A DNA stretch of 64,000 bases. Origin: Octopus vulgaris (taxonomy: Eukaryota). The position numbers were made by a program, and so were the translations under genes. The notes beneath the pieces were generated by a model. The model was not told the origin of the DNA, searched no databases, and was given only the letters and a program-made list of their open reading frames with translations. Positions 51,716 through 64,000 of the stretch are shown piece by piece. Positions within the stretch are counted from its first letter, which is position 1. Every line of letters begins with the position of its first letter. The stretch spans positions 37,014,001-37,078,000 of the forward strand of contig OX597821.1 of assembly GCA_951406725.2 (NCBI GenBank), given 5' to 3'.

Positions 51716-51826
51716 CCCTACTCCATTATTATAGGCAAATAAAAAATAACAGACGGTGGATAAATGTCAGTTCATTACGGCTGTTTCTTATGCATTTTTT
51801 ATTTGCTGAGTGAGTACATTACATCA

Positions 51827-52119
51827 TCTTTATATATAAAACTGAAGTTGTATGAGAGTCTGTCTCCTCCGATTTAGATTCCTAACTACTCCCACATTTT
51901 GCGGTGCAGTTTAACCAAAAGCGGGTATCTTATAGTCGTGATTCATATCGACCCCTTCTGGGTATTAGCGCGTGTCTACGATGAGTCTACGATTTAAAAA
52001 AAAATTACCATCATTTTTTCGCATTTTTTGCTCGGTTTATATAAGGGAAGTAACTCTCTAAAAATGCTCATATAGTTATTTCCCTTACAAACCCGAGCAA
52101 CGCTGGGTGATACTGCTAG
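51827..52119 (+). mobile_element. Non-autonomous Helitron, 293 bp
   Basis: A|TCTTTATATATAAA 5' end, cccgagcaacgctggg hairpin and CTAG|T 3' end. Confidence 0.82.
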
Positions 52120-52157
52120 TATTAAAAATAACTCTTTTCATCAGATGATTTCATAAT

Positions 52158-52368
52158 CCTTTCTACTATAGGTGCAAGGCCTGAAATTTGGGGGAAGAGA
52201 ATAGTCGATTACATTGACCTCCAGTACTCAACTGGTATTTAATTTATCAACCCTAAAAGGATGAAAGGCAAAGTTGATCGCGGCAGAATTTGAACTCAGA
52301 ATGTAGTGGCAGACAAAATACCACAGCATTTTGCCCGGTGTGCTAATGATTCTGCCAGCTTGCCGCCT
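52158..52368 (-). mobile_element. tRNA-derived SINE
   Basis: Same family as 31774; flanking at(g/a)atttcataat duplication. Confidence 0.78.
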
Positions 52369-53215
52369 TCATATAATTTCATAATAATAGAAAGAACAAT
52401 CCCTGTGTGCAGTGAGAATGCATCTGGCCTTCAATGGAAGAAAAACAGAATCATTAAAGGGATGGAAGTGTATTGGGAATTTAGTTAGTGGGTGGGGTGA
52501 GAAAAGATTTATGGCCACCAACCTAGCCAGCAGCTGGTCAGGATGTAAGTTGGAGAAAATTAGGTGGTTCATCAATGAGTAAAGTGTAGGTAATCAAACC
52601 TTTCCCCTCCATAACCAACATCTGGTTTATCCTAAATTCTGAATGATATCTCTCCACCCCTTATCTTTGAACCCTAATCTTTAACAAGGGTATGTTGCCC
52701 TTCTAGCTATTCATCTCTCTAACCCCAGGGCGATAAAACAAATAACAGTAAAATGCATATAAAAATACATACATTATTACCTTTTTACCATTTATAAGAA
52801 AGATTGAAATAAAATGTCCACTGTTGAATCCATACATTTTAAGTATCCTCTTTTATTTCAGAATATCAGATGGCATTGGATTTAAAGAACTTTTTACATC
52901 AGATACATCTTCTTCAATATTTATCATCTTTTAGACTAAACAGAGCAGAGATAATCTTGTTTATATAAATCTATGGTCTGTCAGAAGAACTTACATGCAG
53001 CAATTACAATATTTTCTCTAAGCTGAAATTAATAACAACATTTCTCTTCTCTCTCTGGATTATGTATAAGTTGATTTTTCTAACTTGAATTACAAAGATG
53101 TTTGCAGTATCTTCTGGTATTGATGAAAATGCAACAAAAGGAATATGTTTTTAAATATAAACTATAAAAAAAGAAAGAGAAAGACGTCAATATATTGAGG
53201 TGAGAGAATAAAATT

Positions 53216-54472
53216 ATGGAACAGGTAAAGTGTGAAACTGATGAGTCTAGCAGGGTTGATTTTTCAGAAAAGATGCCAAAAGAGATAGGACAGCCATCAT
53301 ACCATGGTGGTATATTCTTCCTAAACCATCACTTAACAGCTCATGGAAGTATTCCTACTGGGGAGAAACCATATCACTGTGATGTCTGTGGTAAATCATT
53401 CTCTGAGAACAGTCATTTAACTAACCACAAACTTATTCACACAGGAGAGAAATCACATCACTGTGATGTCTGCAACAAATCATTTTATCGAAATGATGAA
53501 TTAATTACTCATATACGTATTCACACAGGTGAGAGACCATATCAGTGTGATATCTGTGGTAAATCATTTACTGTAAAATGTGTCTTAACTAGGCATAAAC
53601 TTATTCATACTGGAGAAAGACCATATCACTGCGATATTTGTGGTAAGTCTTTCTCTCTGAAAGGTAACCGAGATACTCATAAACGTATTCATACAGGAGA
53701 GAAGCCATATTACTGTGACATCTGTGGTAAATCATTTTCTGAAAATGGTGATATAACTCTGCACAAGCGTATTCATACAGGAGAGAAACCATATCAGTGC
53801 GATATCTGTGGTAAATCATTCTCTAGAGGGAGTACCTTAATTGCTCACAAACGTATTCATACAGGAGAGAAACCATATCACTGTGATATTTGTGGTAAAT
53901 CATTTTCTCAATGTGGGGTCTTAACCAGCCACAAACGTATTCATACAGGGGAGAAACCATATTTATGTGATATCTGTGATAAATCATTCTCTGAAAAAAG
54001 TCACTTAACTAGCCACAAACGTATTCATACAGGGGAGAAACCATACCTGTGTGATATCTGTGGTGAATCGTTCTCTGGAGGAAGTACCTTAATTACTCAC
54101 AAACGTATTCATACGGGAGAGAAACCCTACGAATGTAATATCTGTGGTAAATCATTCACTGAAAGAAGTCACTTAACAAAACATAAACGTATTCATACTG
54201 GAGAAAAACCATATCAGTGTGATGTCTGTGGTAAATCATTCTCTGGAAGTAGTGATTTAACTCGACACAGAACCATTCATACAGGGGAGAAGCCATATCA
54301 TTGTGATATCTGCAGTAAGTCATTCTCTCAAAGTAGTGTGTTAATTAAGCACAAACGTATTCATACAGGAGAGAAACCATATCACTGTGATGTCTGTGGT
54401 AAATCATTCTCTCAAAAGAGTCACTTAACTAAACATGTTTGTATTCATACGGTTCCAGAAGCTGTGCTATAA
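53216..54472 (+). CDS. C2H2 zinc-finger protein, 418 aa, 13 tandem fingers with TGEKP linkers, no KRAB/BTB domain
   Basis: Intact single-exon ORF with 13 CxxC-x12-HxxxH repeats plus one degenerate N-terminal finger. Exon acceptor ttttatttcAG at 52861. Confidence 0.95.
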   Translation: MEQVKCETDESSRVDFSEKMPKEIGQPSYHGGIFFLNHHLTAHGSIPTGEKPYHCDVCGKSFSENSHLTNHKLIHTGEKSHHCDVCNKSFYRNDELITHIRIHTGERPYQCDICGKSFTVKCVLTRHKLIHTGERPYHCDICGKSFSLKGNRDTHKRIHTGEKPYYCDICGKSFSENGDITLHKRIHTGEKPYQCDICGKSFSRGSTLIAHKRIHTGEKPYHCDICGKSFSQCGVLTSHKRIHTGEKPYLCDICDKSFSEKSHLTSHKRIHTGEKPYLCDICGESFSGGSTLITHKRIHTGEKPYECNICGKSFTERSHLTKHKRIHTGEKPYQCDVCGKSFSGSSDLTRHRTIHTGEKPYHCDICSKSFSQSSVLIKHKRIHTGEKPYHCDVCGKSFSQKSHLTKHVCIHTVPEAVL

Positions 54473-54824
54473 AATATGTTGTAACTGAAGATGTATTTCA
54501 GTGTGGTAACAACATCTCAACATTATATTTTCTGTAACCACAGATATCTCTACATCACTGAGATAAATTACAATTGTAATATTTTTGATAAAAATATTTT
54601 TAAAAGCTTAATTATATTCCAATAGTTTTAAGTTTCATAATCATTATTTTATTATCAATCATTGGCCCCTTGAGGTAGAAAAGGCCATCACATTTGTACA
54701 AATAAATCCCTCCAAATTAACTGTCTTTGAATGTACTTTTAATAGTATTTATCAATACCAATGTTCTTTATTGGTATTCATTCTGGTTTGTTCTGATAGT
54801 AACAACTTCAGAAATATTAAGCAA

Positions 54825-55838
54825 CTGTGACATGGAGACATTCAGCTCATGAGCAAATGCTAGCAGTTCCTTGGTTTTATGAGATATACAGAGGTCTGGC
54901 AGAAGAGCTTACCTGCAGCAATTCCCTGGTCTTAGAGGACATACAAATGTCCAAGATGAACTCACTTGAGGAAGTTCCATGTTATTGGGAGACACACAGG
55001 TGTGTGAGAGGAATATAACAGGTATTTCCATGGTCTTTGAGAGGAACTCAACTAGAGCAGTTCCATGGCCTTACAAGATGTACAGAGGTTTTGGATAGAG
55101 ATTAACTTAGGGCAGTGGCACGGTCTTAGGAGATATACAGAGTTCTAGGGCAGTTGTATGGGATTAGGAGACAGCAGTCTTCAGAAATGAACTCTGCTGG
55201 ACCAGCTCCATGATCATAGAAGGTATACAAAAGTTTGGAGAGGAAATCAACTAGAATACATGCAGAGATTTTTGACTTAGGAGATTTAGAGAGATCTTGG
55301 AGGTGGACTCACCTAGGACAGTTCTATGGTCTTAGAAGACATATAGAGCTCTTTGAGAGAAACTAACCTGGGCAGTTCAGGGTTCTTAGGAAACATATAT
55401 AGAGGCCTAGGAGATGAACTTTCCTGGAGCAGTTCCATTATCTTAGAGACAGAGAACAATCTTTGAAAGGAACTCATGGACTTAGGAGATGTACAAATGT
55501 CTAGAAGAAGAAATGAACTGAGACAGTTCCATGATCTTATAAATCATACTGAGGTCTTGAAGAGAAACTCACTTAGGACTGTTCCATAGTTGTGGGAGAC
55601 ATTCAGAGGTGTATATGTGATCAGGAAGAGAATAACCTGGGGCCATTGCATGGTCTTAGAAAATGGAGGGTTCAAAAAGAAGCTCATCTGGACAGTTCTA
55701 TGGTCCTAACTGATATATGGAGGTCTTGAAAAAAACTTATATGGGCAGACTCATAGTTTTAGGTGACATACAGAGTTCTTGGAGAGGGACTCACCTGATG
55801 CAGTTCCATAGTCTTAGGGGAAATACAGAAATCTTGAA
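54825..55838. repeat. Degenerate ~54-55-bp tandem array (~18 units)
   Basis: Consensus by eye: gagaggaactcacctgggacagttccatggtcttaggagacatacagaggtcttg. The cagtt anchors at 55319, 55373, 55430, 55524 and 55579 show the period. Confidence 0.75.
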
Positions 55839-56009
55839 TAAGTGTGATGAAAAAAAAAAGCACCCAGTACACTTTGTAAAGTAGTTGGTGTAGAAACTAT
55901 GCCAAAATAGACATTGGTGCTCAAAGCAGTCCTCTGACACATTGGATCCTGTTGAACTGTTTAACCCATGCTGCTATGGGAAGTGAATGTAAAGTGATGA
56001 TGAATACAT

Positions 56010-56345
56010 CATCATTGTTAAATGTCCACTTTTCATGCTGGCATGGGTTGGACAGTTTGACTGAGGACTGGCAAATCAGAAGGCTGTACCAGGCTCCAAT
56101 CTGATGTGACAAAGTTTCTACAGTTGGATGTCCTTCCTTAGGCCAACCACTCTGGGAGTGTAGTGGGTGCTTTTTATGTGCCAGTCAGGCGGTACTGGCA
56201 TTGACCAGGCTTGAATGGTGCTTTTTTATGTGCCACTGGCATGGGAGCCAGTCAAGCGGCACTGACAACGACCACACTCGAATGGTGCTTTTTATGTGCA
56301 ACTGGCACAGGTGCCAGTCTGGTGGTACTGGCATTGGCCACAACA
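56010..56345 (-). mobile_element. SINE-like element with (TGA)n tail and internal ~65-bp tandem repeats
   Basis: catgctggcatgggttggacagtttgac 3' end shared with 8310-8450, 9020-9205, 37190-37355 and 58760-58950; repeated ggtgctttttatgtgc units. Confidence 0.65.
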
Positions 56346-56902
56346 ATGACTCGGCCACAATTTAAACAAAAATAAGCTAAGAGAAATAGTTCAGGGTGGC
56401 CAGTAGTATGAATATGGACAATAAAAACAAATAAGGGTATATCAAATACAAGCTAAATTCCTTATTGAAATTAACTTCTTAAGAGTAAACAAATGTCTCA
56501 GGAATTCATGACTAACTCTAAATAAGAAATTCTTCAATAGCATGTCAATTTCCAAAAGAAAGACCAGAGTATATTCTTCTGTCTATTGCTCATAAGGAGC
56601 CTAGTAGAGGCTTCTCTCCATCTTATCCTTTGCACACATCACATATCTCTGTGCCTCTACTCTAGCATTTCAGCAATTTCACTGGACTGGCTGAGAATGT
56701 GGAGTTTGGAAAAGTGAGGGCGAATTTAGGCTATTATTTTAAATTTCTGAAAAGATATTTGCAAGTCACTGCCTATGAAACTGATATTTATTGCTCAATG
56801 AATTACAAACATTTCTTCAATTCTGTCAACTTTCAAGAACAAGCACCTGCTAAGCAGAGAGGAGATGAACAATGATAATGAATGTGTGTGCGCACATACT
56901 AC

Positions 56903-56946
<44 letters not shown>

Positions 56947-57064
56947 CTCATATAAACATGATTAGCATATAAATCTGCTCATGTACATATATAGCCATCT
57001 ACATGCATATGCATACACACAAACACACGCTTGCATTTTCTACACTCAAATGTGCATATGTGTG

Positions 57065-57096
<32 letters not shown>

Positions 57097-57098
57097 TA

Positions 57099-58360
57099 CA
57101 GGGTGTGGTGAATAAATTGTCATCTAAATTACACAAAAATGAAAATAACACTGACATCTCATTTTAACAGATATATTTACCAAAATTACATAAAAATATC
57201 TTGAAATAGTAAAGAGTAAATTTATTCAATAAAATCGCTATTGGCTTCAACCACAGCCTCCAGACGATTTTGGAATCTTCTGCAACTCTTCTGGGCTCTC
57301 TCCTTGCTTATGTTGGTGAATGCTGCTATAATCCTTGCCTTCAGTTCATCTTTGGTGTTACAAGGAGTTTTGTTGGTCTCTCACTCAACTGCGCCCCACA
57401 CATAATAATCAAGGAGGTTACAGTCTGAGGAGTTACGTGGCTAGATGTTAGGGGTGATGTGGTCACAGAAATTGTCTGACAGCCATGACTGGATTCCCCT
57501 GCTTCTGTGGCATGGTGCAGAGTCCTGTTGTCAGACGTATGGTCTTCCAGCAGCCACCCTCTTGACCCAGGGCAGCACTACCTCCACCAAGCACTTGATG
57601 TAGGCCTCCGTGTTGAGTGTGAGGCTATGTGGGAAGATGAATGGAGGTACAATGTCGCCATGATTAATGATTATTCCAGACACCATGATGTTGACTGGAT
57701 GCTTGATTTTTATCACTCTTGGTACATGTTTTGGGAACATGGTGAGCCAACAGTTGTTTTGTGTGTTCACTATCTGATCCTGATAGAAATTTTTCTCATC
57801 TGAGAAAAACCAAAGCATGTTCGGTTGGAAAGGATGCTTGAGTTTGTTCAAAAGCTTCGTAGTGTGGTCTTTCGTCTTGTCCTTGATGGCTTGGGATAAA
57901 AATTGGTCCTTTCTCATCTTGTATGAGGAATACTGAATGTCTTCATGCACTACCTGCCTGATAAGGAACTCAGACATTCCCATGGACCTGACTGACTTGG
58001 AGAGATTGTTGTCAGTTATGGCCTGGATCACACCAACAAATTCAGAATGACTATAGTGAGTTTTCCGAGCTGTTGTACATTCATAATCACTATTAGACTC
58101 ATGCAACTCTTTCCAAATCCTCTGTACTGTCCTCAAATTGATACCCAAACACTCTTAAATGTTCGTATTGGAGCTTCCAGTGCAAATGCCAAGTAATACG
58201 TGTTGTTTCCAAATTTCTGGCTGAGTGAATTGCGCCATGGTGCTGATTTTCTCACAGACAGTGCCCAACCATACTGTGTAGTTGACAAAATCAAAAATAA
58301 ACAATGCATATGTGCAAAATTAGAAATATAAAATCATTACAATTCACCCATCGTTCCCTG
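57099..58360 (-). mobile_element. Tc1/mariner superfamily maT (DD37D) transposon, near full length, pseudogenised
   Basis: TA|CAGGG...CCCTG|TA termini with imperfect TIRs; FSDEKNF, then QQDSAPCH with the third Asp 37 residues after the second (NLLDY); internal stops. Confidence 0.88.
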
Positions 58361-58961
58361 TATATCTCACACACATGCTCATTGACAGATTTACATATGA
58401 GCACTAATATATTGTACATATACATAGAAAGAAGTGAGGAAACCATGCACAGCTCAATGAGGGTGGTGAGATAAGAGTGGGAGGGTAAAGGCAAACAAAA
58501 TGATCCACGTGTTCTTGTATTTCACAGATAGAATGATCCACAATGTGCTGTTGTATTTGAAAACTTAGCAATACCATTTAAATGCTATATGTACACAGGC
58601 ATAACCAACCCACTGTTTATATATATGTGTGTGTGTGTGTGTATCTTTACTTCATTTTTATATCCATGGGTTATACGAATATATTGGTTTTAAATTTTGG
58701 CACAAGGTCATCAATTTCAGAGGAGAGGTTAAATCAATTACATTGACCCCGCCCCCATGCTCATCATCATCATTTAACATCTGTTGTCCATGTTGGACTA
58801 TTTGACCAGGGCTGGGAAGCTGGAAGGTTGCACCAGGCTCCAGTCTGATTCGGCATGGTTTCCACAGTTGGATGCCCTTCTTAATGCCAACCACTTCATG
58901 AGAGTAATCAGTGTTTTTATGTGTCACCAGCATGGATGCCATTTGCATGACACCAATATCT

Positions 58962-60203
58962 CATCATCATCATTGTTCGACCGTGGTTGAGACAATGGAA
59001 TTTACCATGCTACGCCAGACTTCACGGTCCATCATGGCATTATGGAGGTCCTGTTGCTGGATGCCTGTATCCCTGGAGATTACATCAGGGTAGGAGAGTG
59101 TGCGCCCTCTGGTATTGCGAGTAGATGGCTTCCAGGGGAGAAGAGTAGAAATTACCTCTTTTTCAGCTCTACAACAATGTCCAGCAAACTGGACTCTCTT
59201 ACCTTTCACAAGAGATGACACAGGTGGTAGTTTCCCATATATTTGCATTTTGGTTGGATGGCGCTTCCACAAGAGATTTTGAGCTCTCATAAGGAGGCTA
59301 GCCTAGGTTCCATCCAACCACCTCTCAAGCTTCTTTGATAACGTCCAGGTTTCTGAGCCATATAGTAGAATTGGTTCAACTGTGGCTTTGAAGATTTCAA
59401 GTTTGAAGTCTCTACTTAGATTTGATGACCAGATCTTATGCATGTCATTACAGGCTGACCAGGCCATACCCTTTCTAGTTAGAAAGTCTTTTCCAGATGA
59501 TGATATGTATGACCCAAGTTATTTGTAATCAGAAACCATATTTAAGGGCACATTGTTGAGAGTATGGATGATGCAATCACTGTTGGACAGGCACTTGTTT
59601 ATGTATTCAGTCTTGGCCTCATTGAGGTAAAGACCTACACAATTTGAGGCTTGTTCAAGAGATTGTAAAAGAGACTGGGCATTGGAGAGAGAATCACTGA
59701 TAAGAGTGATGTCGTCAGCAAAGTCAGTGTCTGTCAAGTACTCAGCTGGGTGTCTGGAACTTCTTGGTTTTATTTCAAAGCCCTTGCCAGAGATGGTATC
59801 AACTGACATACGTAGCACATAATCAACAACAATGATGAAAAGAAATGAGGCGAGTGTGTCTCCCTGCAGTATTCCGGCTTTGATTGAGAAAGATGATGTT
59901 TCTCCGTCAGGGGTTAAGATGGTTGAAGACATATCTGTGTAGAGGACCTTGATGGCAGAAATGATTTTGTCTGGTATCCGATAGAGCTTAAGGATTTCAA
60001 ACATCTTGTACCTATCTACAGAATCGAACGCTTTAGAAAAGTTTACAAATACCATTGCAAGATCGCGATTAAATGCTTTTGATTCTTCAATAAGTCTGCG
60101 TAGGCATAGTATCTGGCTCAGCGTTGAGTGCTCATGTCTGAATCCATTTTGGTTCTTTCGGAGTAAAGGTTCAACAAAAAGGACAAGACGATTTAGGATT
60201 AAA
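58962..60203 (-). mobile_element. RTE-clade LINE, 5'-truncated
   Basis: FVNFSKAFDSV, GILQGDTLA, DFADD and FAGHCCR motifs; stop codon followed by a (TGA)n tail. Confidence 0.88.
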
Positions 60204-60219
60204 TATCTACCACAACTGT

Positions 60220-61540
60220 GATTTTACTTGGCTTGATGGTCTTAGGTCTCAGTCATTGCCTCTGTGAGGTCCAACACTCAAAAGGAACTTTTCACGTGCC
60301 ACTGGCATTGGCTACATTCCCTCTATGAAACCCAATGCTCAAAAAGTGCTTTTTACATGCCAGTTACATGACACCAGCATCAGCCATGACTATGATTTCA
60401 CTTGGCTTGATGGGTCTTCTTAACCATAACATATCGTCAAAAGTCTTGGTCACTAGTCATTGACTCTGTGAGGCCCAAAGTTCACCACTTCTTCCCACGT
60501 CTTCCTGGGTTACCTCCCCCCACAGTTAGAGATCAGCACTTCTTTACACAGCTGTCCTTGTCCATGCACATCACATGACCATACCAATGCAGTCGTCTCT
60601 CTTGTATGCCACATTTGATGCCTCTCATACCCAACTTTTCTCTCAAGATGTTTACACTCCGTCATACATGCACACTGATATTGCACATCCAGAGAAGCAC
60701 ACTGGCTTCATTTCTTTCAAGCCTACACATGTCCTCAGCTGTCACAGCCCATGTGTCACTGCTGTGTAGCATAGTTGTTGGCACACAAGCATCATACAAT
60801 CTGCCTTTCACTTTCAGGGAGAGGCCCTTTGTTGTCAGCTGAGGTAAGAGCTCTCTGAACTTTGCCTATTCTTATACTCACAGCTATGTTCTCGGAGCAT
60901 CCACCTCTGCTACTAACTTGGTCACCTAGATAATGGAAGCTATCTACTACCTCTAACTTATCCCACTGGCAGTTGATGGGATCTATTTTCTGTACATTTT
61001 CAGTGTTTATTGTAGCTGTGCATCTTACACAGAAGCTATTTCCCTGCTTAACCTTCCTCTGATATTACTGCACTTCTTATGTGCCCATAGCTTACACTGG
61101 GTACATCTTATGGAGTTTCTACCTATGCCTTTTCTACAGATTGAGCAGGGCCATCTACCAGAAGAGATTTGTGATTTGTTTGCCTTCCTACTAACTAAGA
61201 CTGGTTTTTGCTAGGTTAATTTTAAGGCCCTTTGATTCTAGACCTTGCTTCCATACCTGAAACTTCCTCTCTAATTCTGGTAGTGATTCAGGTATAAGAA
61301 CAAGGTCATCAACATAGAGGAACCCCCAGGAGCAGCCTGTCTTAAATTCCTCTGTTATTGCCTGGAGGACTATGATGAACAAGAGGGGGCTGAGGATAGA
61401 TCTTTGGTGAACCCTTACATGTATCCTGAATTCTTCGTTGTACTTGTTGCCAATCTTCACTTTACTGATAGCATCCCTGTACGTGACTTGTACAACTTTC
61501 ATCAACCACTCATCTATTCCTAGTTTCCGCTTTGACCCTC
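60220..61540 (-). mobile_element. Second RTE-like LINE fragment with tandem-repeated 3' UTR
   Basis: VHQRSILSPLLFIIVLQAITEEF..FLYVDDLVLI motif; related fragments at ~4490 and ~38700. Confidence 0.75.
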
Positions 61541-61940
61541 AGATATTGGATTTGAACATTGATTTGTAACGTGAATTATTTGTGACATGAACATTGTATA
61601 CCTGTTTCTTGCATGTGTTTTCTTAAATGCTGTTGTTATATTGCATCTGCATGCTGTTGATTCTGTTGCTTGTATTTACCTTGATGTACCTGATGTATCA
61701 CATTGTATTTGTTGTAATAGTCATATAAACTAGTTGTTAAATGTAGCCGATTGCTTTTGTGTCCCTCTCTGTGTCTCTTCCTGCTGCTGTTTGTTGTTGA
61801 TGTGGTTGCCGGTCGCTGCTGCCATCCCCACCGAGTTCTCTCTGTGTGGCGAACTTTCCCGATCGATCGAGCTGGTCAATCGTCGTCGCTCGACTTGTTG
61901 GGATCCCGGGTTCGAGTTTGAGCGACGGCAGGTCGTAACA

Positions 61941-62031
<91 letters not shown>

Positions 62032-62210
62032 TATGTCACTTTATATATTTGTTTTGCAAGATTCTTGATGTGAAATCGTGTGTTAAAACAGATGTTGTAT
62101 TTAGGAATGGTCATTTTGCCAGTTTAGCCAATAAAAACACACGCACTATATATTTGGTGTTAATTTGCTTCAGCTTTATTTATTTTTTACATTAATCTTA
62201 ATCTTATTTC

Positions 62211-62255
62211 GGCCAGAGTTCTTTCGTCACACTTCTGTGACCTCATCAGTGGTCC
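62211..62255 (-). ncRNA. Minimal type I hammerhead ribozyme motif
   Basis: Reverse complement reads ggacca-CTGATGA-g-gtcac-agaagt-gtgac-GAAA-gaac-TC-tggcc: intact core, 5-bp stem II, 2-bp stem III and CUC triplet. Confidence 0.7.
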
Positions 62256-63180
62256 TTTGCTTTCTTCTTTCTTATTTGTGTGTCTCTCCTTACTAACGGT
62301 CCTTACTAATGGCTGACTGTTAGTAAAACACATTTACTTACTACCATATATATAGAGACACAATACACACTAATACATACATACATACAAATACACACAT
62401 ACATACAAATACCTGTCACTTTATTTATTTCCCCCTTCAATTTTACGCATACTTTCCAATACAATTTCTCTGTACAAGTAACTTTCACATCGACAGTCAA
62501 ACATTTTTTCCCTAAAAACTGAGTTTTGGGAAAAAATTTTTTAAAACACATTTACTTACTACCATAGGTGTAGGAGTGGTTGTGTGGTAAGTAGCTTTGC
62601 TTCCCATCAGGCTTTGAGACTTCCCATGGCTCTTTGTTGTCGGTGTACGCACGTGCTATTGTGTTGTACACCGAAGAAGTCACATCGTTCGTGAAAAATT
62701 GAACTTTTGAGGCTTGACTACAGATAGGCGTTTGCCGTATACTTTTGAGGACTTAGTGGAGTTTGTTGCCCTGTATTAAATATTTTTTTTGGTGAGCAAC
62801 AGTCTTCACTCTGCTCCAAACATTTGCCTGCCTGTGGTCGTGCATAAAGACTCACTTTGCAGTGAGAATTGTGTTTTTGAGGAGGCGTAGCACTCCACAG
62901 AAATTAATTTGTTTGCTTGTTTTTTCCACTGAATTTACCACAGAGTACCAAGGTAGAAAGGACCAATTGTGCGGCGACTGGAGTACACTCTTTCGTTAGG
63001 ATTACCAGAGTTGCAGAACTGTGTTGCCATTGATTGAACTGTCTTCCTTCGTTCTTTTCTGTCTTTCTGTTCATTGGGACTTTTATTTAGAACTTTGAAC
63101 TTTTGTTGAATTCTTTTTCCTTTTTTTGCCTTTGAAAATTATGGCAACAAAGAAAACCACTGTGTTTGAGTGGGAAAAGA

Positions 63181-63324
63181 TATTATTTGTGTGTTTGAAT
63201 TTGGATGGATGGATTGATGGATTGACGGATGGATGGATGGATAATTATTGGTTTAAAACAAAATGCCCGTTAGAAATTATCTGTGTTTGAATTTGTATGG
63301 ATGGATGGATGGATGGACAGATGG

Positions 63325-63358
<34 letters not shown>

Positions 63359-64000
63359 AATTAATAGTTTAAAACAAAATACCTGTTAGAAATTGTTTGT
63401 GTGTTTGAATTTGGATGGATGGATTGATGCATGGATGAATGGATGGATGGATGAATAATTATTAGTTTAAAACAAAATGCCTATTAGAAATTATTTGTGT
63501 GTTTGAATTTGGATGGATGGATTGATGAATGGATGGATGGATGGATGGATAATTATTAGTTTAAAACAAAATGCCTATTAGAAATTATTTGTGTGTTTGA
63601 ATTTGGATGGATGGATTGATGCATGGATGGATGGATGGATAATTATTAGCTTAAAACAAAATGCCTATTAGAAATTATTTGTGTGTTTGAATTTGGATGG
63701 ATGGATTAATGCATGGATGGATGGATGGATGGAAGGGTGGATGGATGGATAATTATTAGTTTAAAACAAAATGCCTATTAGAAATTATGTGTGTTTGAAT
63801 TTGGATGGATGGATTAATGCATGGATGGATTGATGGATGGATGGATTGATGGATAGATGGATGGACAGATGGATTATTATTAGTTTAAAACAAAATGCCT
63901 GTTAGAAATTATTTGTGTGTTTGAATTTGGATGGATGGATGGATGGATGGATAATTATTAGTTTAAAACAAAATGCCTATTAGAAATTATTTGTGTGTTT
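63181..64000. repeat. Composite satellite: constant ~54-bp AT-rich unit alternating with variable-length (GGAT)n; runs off the window end
   Basis: Unit aattattagtttaaaacaaaatgcctattagaaattatttgtgtgtttgaattt occurs 8 times (near 63243, 63359, 63457, 63551, 63641, 63751, 63876 and 63953). Confidence 0.92.

Noticed and set aside
61565-61940. Solo LTR (TGTAACG...CGTAACA)
   Set aside because: Termini are suggestive but there is no matching TSD, PBS or PPT; left unassigned.
63181-64000. CRISPR array
   Set aside because: The spacers are all (GGAT)n microsatellite rather than unique sequence, there are no cas genes, and the context is eukaryotic.

Overview
AT-rich, repeat-dense metazoan genomic DNA, most likely a coleoid cephalopod (Octopus-like). 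This is inferred from the tRNA-derived SINE families, the (AAT)n/(TA)n microsatellites and a single-coding-exon, KRAB-less C2H2 zinc-finger gene. Three host genes can be built directly from the sequence. (1) CSTF2/CstF-64 on the minus strand: six coding exons from 15975 down to 1147, all GT-AG and phase-consistent; the gene continues left of the window. (2) A complete 329-aa SDR9C-type retinol/sterol dehydrogenase on plus, with four coding exons at 34911-41730. (3) A 418-aa, 13-finger C2H2 ZNF at 53216-54472. The rest is nested transposon debris: Helitrons, Gypsy, Tx1/L1, RTE, R4/Dong, Penelope-like, hAT, MULE, Chapaev3 and maT DD37D elements, plus many SINEs. The main unannotated signal is a set of type I hammerhead ribozyme motifs: one apparently intact at 25949-26015, minimal ones at 22179-22224 and 62211-62255, and a decayed one at 25238-25353. 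Three lie around a Penelope-like element and a non-coding ~550-bp repeat family embedded in (AAT)n, which suggests a retrozyme-like system. Other oddities are a 214-codon sense ORF inside a CSTF2 intron, a ~54-bp hairpin tandem array 3' of the ZNF, and a constant-unit/(GGAT)n composite satellite at the right end.
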